From contig CAWDXE010000003.1 of assembly GCA_963806185.1 (NCBI GenBank), forward strand, positions 256,001 to 320,000: DNA of 64,000 bases. The letters run 5' to 3'. The translations under genes and the position numbers were made by a program. Shown here piece after piece: positions 30,141 to 38,390 of this stretch (its first letter is position 1; the number at the start of each line of letters is the position of its first letter). A model generated the notes under the pieces. The model saw nothing but the letters and a program-made list of their open reading frames with translations. It searched no databases and was not told the origin of the DNA. The stretch comes from an uncultured candidate division Zixibacteria bacterium (lineage in GTDB: Bacteria; Zixibacteria; MSB-5A5; GN15; FEB-12).

Positions 30141-30788
30141 CTAGTTGTCCTTCTCTTTCAATTTCGCCTCGGCGGCGGCCAGTTTTTCGGCCAGGCGCGG
30201 GTTAGTCGATGTGGTGTGGAGACGGCGGTATACCTCAACCGCGTGGCGCGTGTGTCCCTGCGCCAGATAGAGGTCGGCCATCGTCTCGGTAAAAAACGGA
30301 ATGTCGGTGTCGGCCAGACCTCGCACCGATATCGTCGTTGTCTTCGGTGATACCGGCTCTTCCGCTCGGGTCAACACGATTGTACGCGTTTTTGATTCGC
30401 GGGGTTGCAGGTTGCAGTGAAGTCCGGCAGAATGCGGATCGATTTCGAAAATGCGCTCGTAGTTGGCGAGGGCCTGCCACTGGTCCCCCTGGGCGAACTG
30501 GATGTCAGCGAGCATCTTGATGGCGACCAGATTCTCCGGGTCGCGCGCGAGAATTTCGTAACACTGATCGGCGGCGAGTTCGAGCTGCCCGGCCCGGTGC
30601 AAGGCTTGCGCATATATAATGTGGGCCGAGAGAGGGGCGGACGGTTCGTTCAGGTGCTCTTTGCACATTTCGACGACTGCCGAGATAGACCCGTCGCGCA
30701 GAAGGCGGGCCGCCTCGGCCGGCCAGTAGTTTGAGAGCGACGGCTCGTCGAAAGGTTGTTCGCGTTCTATATCCAAGTCGATGGGCAT
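30141..30788 (-). CDS. TPR-repeat protein
   Basis: TPR-like helices and the C-terminal motif FFTETMADLYLAQGH. Start position uncertain. Confidence 0.7.
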   Translation of the reverse strand: MPIDLDIEREQPFDEPSLSNYWPAEAARLLRDGSISAVVEMCKEHLNEPSAPLSAHIIYAQALHRAGQLELAADQCYEILARDPENLVAIKMLADIQFAQGDQWQALANYERIFEIDPHSAGLHCNLQPRESKTRTIVLTRAEEPVSPKTTTISVRGLADTDIPFFTETMADLYLAQGHTRHAVEVYRRLHTTSTNPRLAEKLAAAEAKLKEKDN

Positions 30789-30846
30789 TGGGGTAAAGAA
30801 ATGGTAAGAGCGGAGAGAAAGCAAGATGGGGGGATCGAATCGACTC

Positions 30847-31004
30847 GTACCCCATCCAACGGATGGGTTCGATTTCTCTGGCTTTCACCTTACGATGCTC
30901 GACGGACAAATATCCACGCGATTCTGGTCGTCGGTGATTCCACTACAGAGGACTATACAATGGGAAAACCAGAGAAAGAAAAACCCACCTGATAGGTGGG
31001 CTAC
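30847..31004. repeat. REPIN/MITE-like element: two inverted GTAG-type REP hairpins with extended inverted arms
   Basis: Left arm GTACCCCATCCAACGGATGGGTTCGATTTCTCTGG; right arm (reverse complement) GTAGCCCACCTATCAGGTGGGTTTTTCTTTCTCTGG. Confidence 0.65.
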
Positions 31005-31297
31005 AGGACTGGCTGGAGACGTATGCTTTGTCGGGGTATGCCTTTCAAACGGAAGCCGACGGGACGTTTGAGTCGTACGGCGGACCGACGCTGATTTTGT
31101 GTGGCCGGCAGGACAATATTGTCGGGTACGAGGATCAGTGGAGATTGATGGCGACGTATCCGCGAGCATCGTATGTCGTATTGGATCGGGCTGGGCACAA
31201 TCTGCCGGTGGAGGCACCGGAGGCGTTTCAGACACTGGTGACGGGATGGTTGCGGGGGGATTGGATGGGACACGATGGGAATAGGAGCAATCAATGA
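31005..31297 (+). pseudogene. C-terminal remnant of an alpha/beta hydrolase
   Basis: PTLILCGRQDNIVGY...SYVVLDRAGHNLPVE contains the Asp and His triad region. The N-terminal nucleophile half is absent, and the recognisable part begins at the REP hairpin. Confidence 0.7.
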
Positions 31298-32742
31298 GTA
31301 GTCAATCGCAACAGGACATCGATTTCTTCTTCGATTTCTTTCAAGCCAGGCTTGAATTCGTGAGGTCGCATTGCATAGATCGTATCGAAGGTGTCATTCT
31401 TCTTTGTTCATATGTGGATTCCTTAGCGGGATACAGATATGGAGGCACTACTGGCCCTGCTCGCTTCAAGAAATTCCTCATCGAGGATACCTTGTATTCG
31501 GAGACTTGGCGCAAGGTGAGCTTGATTCTTCTTCGGCAGTACTTGGAGAAGAAAGAACTCAAGTTATACGCGAAGGCAATAGAAGTGCTAAACCAGCTTG
31601 GTGCTAGGACCTCCAATTTCCGGGATTTGAATTATAACCCTGACATTCCTCTCGAATTGCTCCTGAACGAATTCAGTAAATCACTCTCTCGCAAGGAGAT
31701 CACCTTTTTCCAGAAGGACTTTGAACGATTTCAGTATTCGGCAATACTTTGGAATTGCTATCGAAACTCATCGGTGCACGAAAGCGCAGTAGGGCTGAAG
31801 AAGGCGATGAACTTAACAGATCAAAGCGAACCTTTCTATTCAAATGAACATTCGGGACACGACGGCAGTATCTTAGATCACACTCGGTTCGACATTCCAA
31901 TGCAGTTCTTGGTCCGTTCCATCGAAAGTGGTCTGCAGAAACTCAGAGAATTGGCTAATGCGGGGCAATGGCACCCGGAGGTTTCGGTACCGTACGATGA
32001 CCCCATATACGTGTCGCAGTCTAGCGCTGATGAAAGGGACAATGCAAAGATTGGCTATCCTCGAATGATTACTAAACCGTTTAGATCACTACTTGCAGAT
32101 TTGGGAAACTTACTCGAACAGGCCAAAACACATCACGGATTATTCGAGACTACGGGAGAAGGAATTCATAGATGGCGTGAAGGAGCAATGTCGAGAAGTG
32201 CAATAGTGACCTCGGTATTCTTCTTGGAATCCATAGTGAATTCTATTGTAAAGGACTTTTCGATCCGAGAACCGTATCAACTGACCGAGACGCTTTTGAA
32301 GCGTTACAACCTATTGCATCAACGATTTGATCGCCTTCCACTAATTGATCGCGTCTTCCTAGTACCATATATCTGTTCATCAAATGAAGGGAACTTGGTA
32401 TCAGGATTCTTCGAGAAGAGATCAAAGGAGTTCCTGTCACTTCAGGAACTCATTGCAATTCGTGACGGGTTTGCCCACAGCCGACCTGTCAAGCGTCGGA
32501 TGACCATTACGAAGTCTAGTGAAGGAGAATATATTGCGGACGATCAGTTCAAAGAGAATTTCTGGCCCCATACACAGATTCCGAAAGATATCTTCATTAT
32601 AGAATGGAGCAATGCGATAACTGCGAAGCAAATTGTCGACTGGGCTGTAGAGCAACTCGACCGATTTCTTGAGGGCCGCATCGCTCAAAGGAACTGGATG
32701 AACGATGAGTTGATTGAGTTTGATCCTAATGTGCGATCGTGA
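31294..32742 (+). CDS. Hypothetical 482-aa protein with two putative HEPN (RxxxxH) domains
   Basis: AGGAG RBS; YRNSSVHE (R157-H162) and IRDGFAHS (R390-H395); helical character; AT-richer than the flanks (25/60 GC in 31321-31380). Confidence 0.75.
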   Translation: MSSQSQQDIDFFFDFFQARLEFVRSHCIDRIEGVILLCSYVDSLAGYRYGGTTGPARFKKFLIEDTLYSETWRKVSLILLRQYLEKKELKLYAKAIEVLNQLGARTSNFRDLNYNPDIPLELLLNEFSKSLSRKEITFFQKDFERFQYSAILWNCYRNSSVHESAVGLKKAMNLTDQSEPFYSNEHSGHDGSILDHTRFDIPMQFLVRSIESGLQKLRELANAGQWHPEVSVPYDDPIYVSQSSADERDNAKIGYPRMITKPFRSLLADLGNLLEQAKTHHGLFETTGEGIHRWREGAMSRSAIVTSVFFLESIVNSIVKDFSIREPYQLTETLLKRYNLLHQRFDRLPLIDRVFLVPYICSSNEGNLVSGFFEKRSKEFLSLQELIAIRDGFAHSRPVKRRMTITKSSEGEYIADDQFKENFWPHTQIPKDIFIIEWSNAITAKQIVDWAVEQLDRFLEGRIAQRNWMNDELIEFDPNVRS

Positions 32743-32819
32743 CTTGAAACGAGTGACGGAAGTTTCTTATTAGAGACCAAAACCGAATCATGATCCGCTC
32801 GCGGGAATCATGGATTCTG

Positions 32820-32853
32820 TGTGCGGCGGCCACGTAGAGCACGCCGCACATTT
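32820..32853 (+). terminator. Hairpin between convergent genes (putative terminator)
   Basis: TGTGCGGCG/CGCCGCACA 9-bp stem followed by TTT. Confidence 0.5.
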
Positions 32854-32871
32854 GCAAAACTCAATCTTGAC

Positions 32872-35065
32872 TCACCTATGATGAAACGCCCGCCCCGTCG
32901 GCGTCACGTTCAACTCTTTCACCAGTTCGTCCAGATGATAGACCCGATCAATTACGAACATGATATACCGAGCGTCACAGACAATCGTCCGCGTAACCTC
33001 GGGATTAAACAAGTAATCCGACGCCACTCCCTCCCAGTTGCCGTCAAACGCCACACCGATCAGTTTCCCCTCGCCGTTGATCACTGGGCTACCTGAATTG
33101 CCGCCGGTAATATCGTTGGTGGTCAGGAAATTCACCGGAACGTCGCCGATATTGCCGTCGACCCACGGACCGAAATCTCTGTCGCGAAAAGCCGTGCGCA
33201 GCGAATCGGGAACGATAAACGGATCCTTGCCGTTTTCCTTCTCCATGACCCCGTGCAAGCCGGTCAGATAGTGATAGGTGACGGCGTCGCGCGGGACATA
33301 CCCTTTCACCTCACCGTAGCTGAGACGCATGGAGCCGTTGGCGTCGGGATACATCTTCGCCTGTTTCCAATCGGACATGGCTTGAATCAACATCGGCGCC
33401 AGGCGCGTTTCCGCCCCGGAGAACGCCTTGCCCTCCTCGCGCATTACGTCGGCTTCCGGCTTAAGTGCGCGTGCCAGCGCAATGAACGGATCATCGATCT
33501 TGTCCAGTTGCGCCTTGGTCATGGCAAACATTGCCAAGCGCTGATCGGTCTCGCCCATCTTGGTACGGACAAACCAGTCGTCGACCACCCGATCGATTTC
33601 GGCCCGCTTGTCACTCGCTTCGGCGAACAACTTCTTCACCGGGGCGATTTGCTGGTCGGACGGCAGATCGACCGCGCGCGCCAGGTAGTACCGGAATACT
33701 TCTTTGTCCGCCTCCGGCACCAGATTGATCTGCGCGTTTTTGAGCCGCTCTTTTGCGGTCAACGTATCCCGCGCCTGGAAACCGCGATCGCGCTGCAGGT
33801 CGGGTTTCTCCCGTTCACAGGCCCAGCGATAGATCGTACTGGCGAGACGGAGGTAATCGCATCCCCAGGTCATGCGGCCCGAGTAAGAAGTCGTGCTCTT
33901 GAGATTTTTGAGACGATGCATACAGGCTGTCGAGCGACTTGAGGACACGACCGTATTTTGCTTGCATCGTCTTGTCCTTACTCATGAATTCGGTAAGCTG
34001 GCGTTCCAGTTCGCGCTTCTGCGCCAGCGTATTCCCCTTCTTGAACCCCTCCATGACACCGTAGCTCTTCTTCAGGCCGTTGTTGAGTCCCGCGAGATCG
34101 GACGCCAGACGGAGCGCGATGGCCGAATCTCGTTCACCGGCCCGGTTGAGAATGTTGATCTGATCCTCAGACGCCTGAATCGAATGCGGGTACGAGAATT
34201 CCATTCGCTCGGCCAGATCGAATGAGCTGATGTGCCGCGAGGTGTTGCCGGGGAATCCGATCGTCATCGCCAGGTCACCTTCCTTGACGCCCGCAGTGGA
34301 GAACGGGAGAAACACTTTCGGGCAGTAAGGCACGTTGTTCGCCGAGTAGTCAGCCGGCTGGCCATCGGGCGCCACATATGCGCGCAGGAAAGAAAAATCG
34401 CCCACGTGGCGCGGCCACATCCAATTGTCGATGTCGCCGCCATAGTTGCCGATCGCTTCCGGCGGGACATAAACCATGCGGACATCGCGAATCTCCAGCG
34501 TCGTGTACAACATGTACTGCTTGCCGCCGAACATTGACGCCACACGCGCCTTGATCGCTTTGCCTTCTTCCGTCGCTTTGACCAGCTTCTTGATATTCAG
34601 ATCGATTGTCTTGAAGCGATCAATATCGGAAAGTCTGTCGGTAACACCCTTCTTGATCTCCTTAGTCACGTCCTGCACCGAGAGAGTGACATATACTTTA
34701 TAGCCGATGGCTTCGACTTCTTTGTCCCGGGTTGGGGCGTAGAAGCCGTCCCGCAGATAATTGTGCTCGACCGTGCTCTGCTCCTGCACGGCGCCGAAAG
34801 CAACGTGATGATTGGTGAGAATGAGGCCGTCCGACGATACGAATGACCCGGTCGCTCCGCCGACCTGCACGACTGCGTCGGCGAGAGCGCTGCCGCCGGT
34901 GTTATAAATCTGCGAGGGCTCAAGCTTGAGACCCCGCATGCGGAGAAAATCAAGCGGGAGCTGGTCGACGCTGTAGAGGGGCCACATTCCTTCATCGGCC
35001 ATGCTAGCTGATATCAGACTCAGTGAGAGAGCAAGAGTGAGAACAACGCGAATCATGAGGCGCAT
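32872..35065 (-). CDS. S46-family dipeptidyl peptidase (DPP7/DPP11-like), apparent frameshift near 33885
   Basis: Signal peptide then ADEGMW, LTNHHV, DNWMWPRH, YPDANGSMRLSYG, DITGGNSGSPV and FDGNWEG. Upstream promoter TTGTAA-17-TATTTT. Confidence 0.92.
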
Positions 35066-35216
35066 AATGGGGACTCCTTCCTGTTCGGGACAAAATAGGA
35101 TTATCTTGTCCGGTTTACAAGAAAAGAGTGTACCTGAAGGCCTACAATGATGGGTCGTGATAGCGAGCACGCCGCATGATCTGCGGATGCGTTGGGCCGT
35201 TGACGTGTTCCTGGGT

Positions 35217-35466
35217 AAAAAAAAGCGCCGTCAGGCACAAGCGTCCGACCGCACACAAGAATCGAACACAAGCGCCCGACGGCAAACTGAGCAACTCAAA
35301 CTAAAGCGTTCGACGTCCCTGTCGCACCACTCTCGCATGTTAATCACAAAGCGCCGTGACTCGCTTGTGCCTAAACGTCCCCGACCTCGCCATATTACCG
35401 ACGAAGTGTGGCTACAACCAAATTCGACTGCAACCCCGCGGGCACGTGACAATCCGTGGATACGGT
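35217..35466 (-). ncRNA. Candidate small RNA of about 250 nt (unassigned)
   Basis: Promoter TTGACG-16-TATCTT with extended TG (35500-35473). Ends in a long G-U-rich hairpin (35283-35227) followed by U8. No convincing ORF. Confidence 0.5.
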
Positions 35467-35580
35467 ATTAATAAGATAACATTGTGGCTGGTTACGTCAA
35501 CGTTTTTCCAACAGGTTGACGATCAGAGTCGGCTGGATTTGAAAAAGAAGCTCGGCACAACACGTCAGCAAAGACATGTT

Positions 35581-35875
35581 CCGGTCAACCCGTGAGGTCG
35601 GCCGGCCAATCGTCGCCGTCGACACTCATTCATATCCATTTGAATAGCAAGCTATTAGATGGCGGCGTTGAACTCCGCGAGGGCCGCCGTGAACCCTGCG
35701 CTGAAAATTGAAGCGCCGCCGGGGGGAGCTATCCCGGCGGCGTAAACCATCCCATGGCATCGGGGGTAATCTTGTGAACGGTCCCGAATGCGACGGGGCA
35801 GGCGCCGCGGACGGCCTCTTGCCGGCCCGCCTGACCCGTCAACCATTGTCGTGACGCGACACCCTTCGGGGCACG
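35581..35875 (+). ncRNA. Candidate structured RNA region (unassigned)
   Basis: Series of hairpins with GUGA and GCGA (GNRA) and cUUCGg loops; G-U pairs mostly favour the plus strand. Confidence 0.35.
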
Positions 35876-35888
35876 CCCCGTTGGGAAA

Positions 35889-36653
35889 TCATCTCACCAA
35901 TGACAACACCGTCTTGGCCGATATGAGGGAGTGCGACACCATAGCCATCGACGTGTACGTCTTAATCATGTTCGCTACATAACGCGAGTATTCGGTGGCA
36001 TAGTCGGTGTCGCGAATTTGTGATTCGGCCGCCGTCAGGTTCTGTATCTCAATTTCATTGGCCGCACGTTGACTCTCAAGTTCGTTGCGCTGCTTGGCCC
36101 CCAGGTCGACCATCGCCATGTCCAGTTCATGAGCCGCATCATCGATGAGCGTAAGAGAGGCGGTGGCGCCCTGGCCCGACGACAGGTCTATCCCAGACAA
36201 TTTGCCGACGTCGGCTACGGCGCCCTCGGAACCGTCGAGCGTATGCTTACCGTTGTACTGCGATGATTCGATGGTTCGATTGTAAGTTTCGACGATTGAC
36301 TTTGCGGCCGTGGCGTACGCCTGCTGCGATTCCGACGAATTAGTCGCGGCGTTCGCTGCACCTACCGCCAAGGAGCGAAGTTCGACCAATTGTTCACGCA
36401 TGCCGAGCATGGCGGAATCGACTGTTGCGTACTTGTTGACGACCTGTGTGATGTTGCTGCATTCCTGCCGCAGCGTCGCTATACGATCGCGCATTCTCTC
36501 GGAGATGACCAGTCCGGCCGGATCGTCGGCGGCCGAGTTGATGCGATTTCCGGACGACAGCTTCATGGCAGCCTTCATTGCGCCATCGATCGCCAGGCGC
36601 AAGCTATAGAGCGCGGTATCGGACTTATCAGCACGAATGGAAAACGAGCCCAT
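35889..36653 (-). CDS. Flagellin-family protein, minimal and divergent
   Basis: KLSSGNRINSAADDPAGLVISE, LRSLAVGAAN, LGAKQ and NLTAAESQIRDTDYATE; AGGAG RBS. Confidence 0.88.
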   Translation of the reverse strand: MGSFSIRADKSDTALYSLRLAIDGAMKAAMKLSSGNRINSAADDPAGLVISERMRDRIATLRQECSNITQVVNKYATVDSAMLGMREQLVELRSLAVGAANAATNSSESQQAYATAAKSIVETYNRTIESSQYNGKHTLDGSEGAVADVGKLSGIDLSSGQGATASLTLIDDAAHELDMAMVDLGAKQRNELESQRAANEIEIQNLTAAESQIRDTDYATEYSRYVANMIKTYTSMAMVSHSLISAKTVLSLVR

Positions 36654-36703
36654 AACAACTCCTAGGCGTCTGCCGGTTTGACAGATTCCCCCGGGTTTGA
36701 GTT

Positions 36704-36719
36704 CGCAATTGAAATGCCC
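36704..36719 (-). promoter_or_regulatory. Putative sigma-54 (-24/-12) promoter of the flagellin gene
   Basis: GGGCATTTCAATTGCG = GG-N10-GC, close to TGGCAC-N5-TTGC. Confidence 0.55.
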
Positions 36720-36847
36720 GCCCGATCAGTTTTTAATGCCATAGGATGCAATGGATTACGAGGATACGGGCAATCACCTGACAGAATTTTATCAATTTCT
36801 GTGGGTTGGAAACCATATTATGGGTGAGCTGAACGGTTGGTCTCCAT

Positions 36848-36886
36848 AAAAAAGTGCCGCCGGCAGGGTAGTTTGACCGGCGGCAT
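36848..36886 (-). terminator. Rho-independent terminator at the end of the dcw operon
   Basis: TGCCGCCGG/CCGGCGGCA stem followed by a T tract. A further perfect 13-bp hairpin lies at 36936-36971, just after the ftsZ stop. Confidence 0.75.
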
Positions 36887-36982
36887 GGTGGAGGAACCAT
36901 AGAGCCCTTTTTGTGGGCGGCTCTATACTTTCCCTGTCAACGCCGTGGGAGGAAACGACCACGGCGTTGACCTTGAAAAGAT

Positions 36983-38356
36983 CTATCTATTCCCATCGAG
37001 GCGACGGATGTACGCCGGGATGGTGCGATCATCTTCCGAGAAAATCGGCACGCGGAATCGGCTTCGATGGCCATTGCCGTTCCCATTGCCGTTGCCGTGG
37101 CCGTCGTCGCTGACAATCTGCACGTCTTCTTCGAAGCTTGCCGCGGCCACCTCAACCAATTCAGGTTCTTCCGCGATTGTAGCGGCTTCCAGTTCGGGCT
37201 CCAGTTCGGGCTCCAGTTCCGGTTCGGGCAGGGCCTCCGGTTCGGGATTGGCGATGATCGGCACGACGACAGCTTCGACCGGAGTGCGGTTTTCTTCGGC
37301 AAAGAGCGAAATCACTTCGGCCGGCTTTTCCGGAATCACGTGCGGTTTCACTTCCGGCTTGACATAGACAGGACGCTGAGGCGCGCTGCCGAAACCAGTA
37401 GCAATCACGGTCACGCGCATCTTGCCCTGCATCGACGGATCAATCACGGCGCCGAAAATGATGTTGGCCTCGGCCCCGGCCTCTTCGTACACGAGCGAGG
37501 TGGCGGTGTTGACATCGAACAGCGTCATGTCCTCGCCGCCGGTGACGTTGATCAGCACCCCCTTGGCGCCGGCGATATGAATTTCCTGCAACAACGGCGA
37601 GGAGATCGCCTGCCGCGCCGCATCGATTGCCTTGTCGTCGCCCTCGCCGTATCCGGTGCCCATGAGGGCGTCACCCATTTCCAGCATGACTGTGCGAACA
37701 TCGGCAAAATCACAGTTGATCAAGCCCGGAACAGTGATGAGGTCGGAAATTCCCTTGGTGGCTTGATGGAGCACCTCGTCAGCCGTGGCAAAGGCGTCAG
37801 CCAGTTTGGTATTGCGATCAACGATTTCGAGCAGGCGTTCATTGGGGATCGTGATGAGCGTGTCGACGCTGGCTTTTAGCTCCGCCAACCCTTGTTCGGC
37901 GCGTTCGAGCCGCTTCTTCCCTTCGAATTTGAACGGCAGGGTCACGATAGCAACGGTTAGCGCACCAGCTTCCTTCGCAATTTGCGCCACGATAGGTGCC
38001 GCCCCGGTGCCGGTGCCGCCGCCCATGCCGGCGGTAATGAATACCAGGTGTGGATGACCGATCGAATCGACCAGGTCACCGCGGCTTTCTTCGACGGCCC
38101 GCCTTCCGATTTCGGGATTGGCTCCGGCCCCAAGTCCCTGAGTTGTGTTGGTGCCGATCTGCAGGCGCGTCTCGGCACGATTGGTGTCGAGTACCTGGGC
38201 GTCGGTGTTGACAGCGATGAATTCGACTCCCTTCAGATCGGCTGCGATCATCCGGTTGATCGCATTGCCGCCGGCGCCCCCAACGCCGACCACCTTGATG
38301 CTCGCATAGCCGACGAAGTCGGCAGCGAAGTTGAATTGGTGTCTTTCTGCGCTCAT
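36983..38356 (-). CDS. ftsZ: Cell division protein FtsZ
   Basis: GVGGAGGNA, GMGGGTGTG, NCDFAD and the C-terminal peptide IPAYIRR. Confidence 0.98.
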   Translation of the reverse strand: MSAERHQFNFAADFVGYASIKVVGVGGAGGNAINRMIAADLKGVEFIAVNTDAQVLDTNRAETRLQIGTNTTQGLGAGANPEIGRRAVEESRGDLVDSIGHPHLVFITAGMGGGTGTGAAPIVAQIAKEAGALTVAIVTLPFKFEGKKRLERAEQGLAELKASVDTLITIPNERLLEIVDRNTKLADAFATADEVLHQATKGISDLITVPGLINCDFADVRTVMLEMGDALMGTGYGEGDDKAIDAARQAISSPLLQEIHIAGAKGVLINVTGGEDMTLFDVNTATSLVYEEAGAEANIIFGAVIDPSMQGKMRVTVIATGFGSAPQRPVYVKPEVKPHVIPEKPAEVISLFAEENRTPVEAVVVPIIANPEPEALPEPELEPELEPELEAATIAEEPELVEVAAASFEEDVQIVSDDGHGNGNGNGNGHRSRFRVPIFSEDDRTIPAYIRRLDGNR

Positions 38357-38390
38357 TCTCTTGTTTCCTCCTACCTGAGCAACTGACTAT

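Noticed and set aside
31294..32742. Compact Cas13-like CRISPR effector
   Set aside because: No repeat-spacer array or cas1/cas2 was seen in the window, and the protein is much shorter than known Cas13s. It is kept only as a generic double-HEPN candidate.
32743..32870. Integron attC site after the HEPN-like gene (imperfect palindrome 32785-32817)
   Set aside because: No RYYYAAC...GTTRRRY core boxes, and no integrase in the window.
35170..35880. Known RNAs (tmRNA, RNase P, SRP, T-box, c-di-GMP-I or cobalamin riboswitch) and short ORFs in this intergenic region
   Set aside because: Diagnostic motifs were not found by eye (GGCAAAC at 35281 lacks the rest of the c-di-GMP-I pattern). The short ORFs lack an RBS and recognisable homology.
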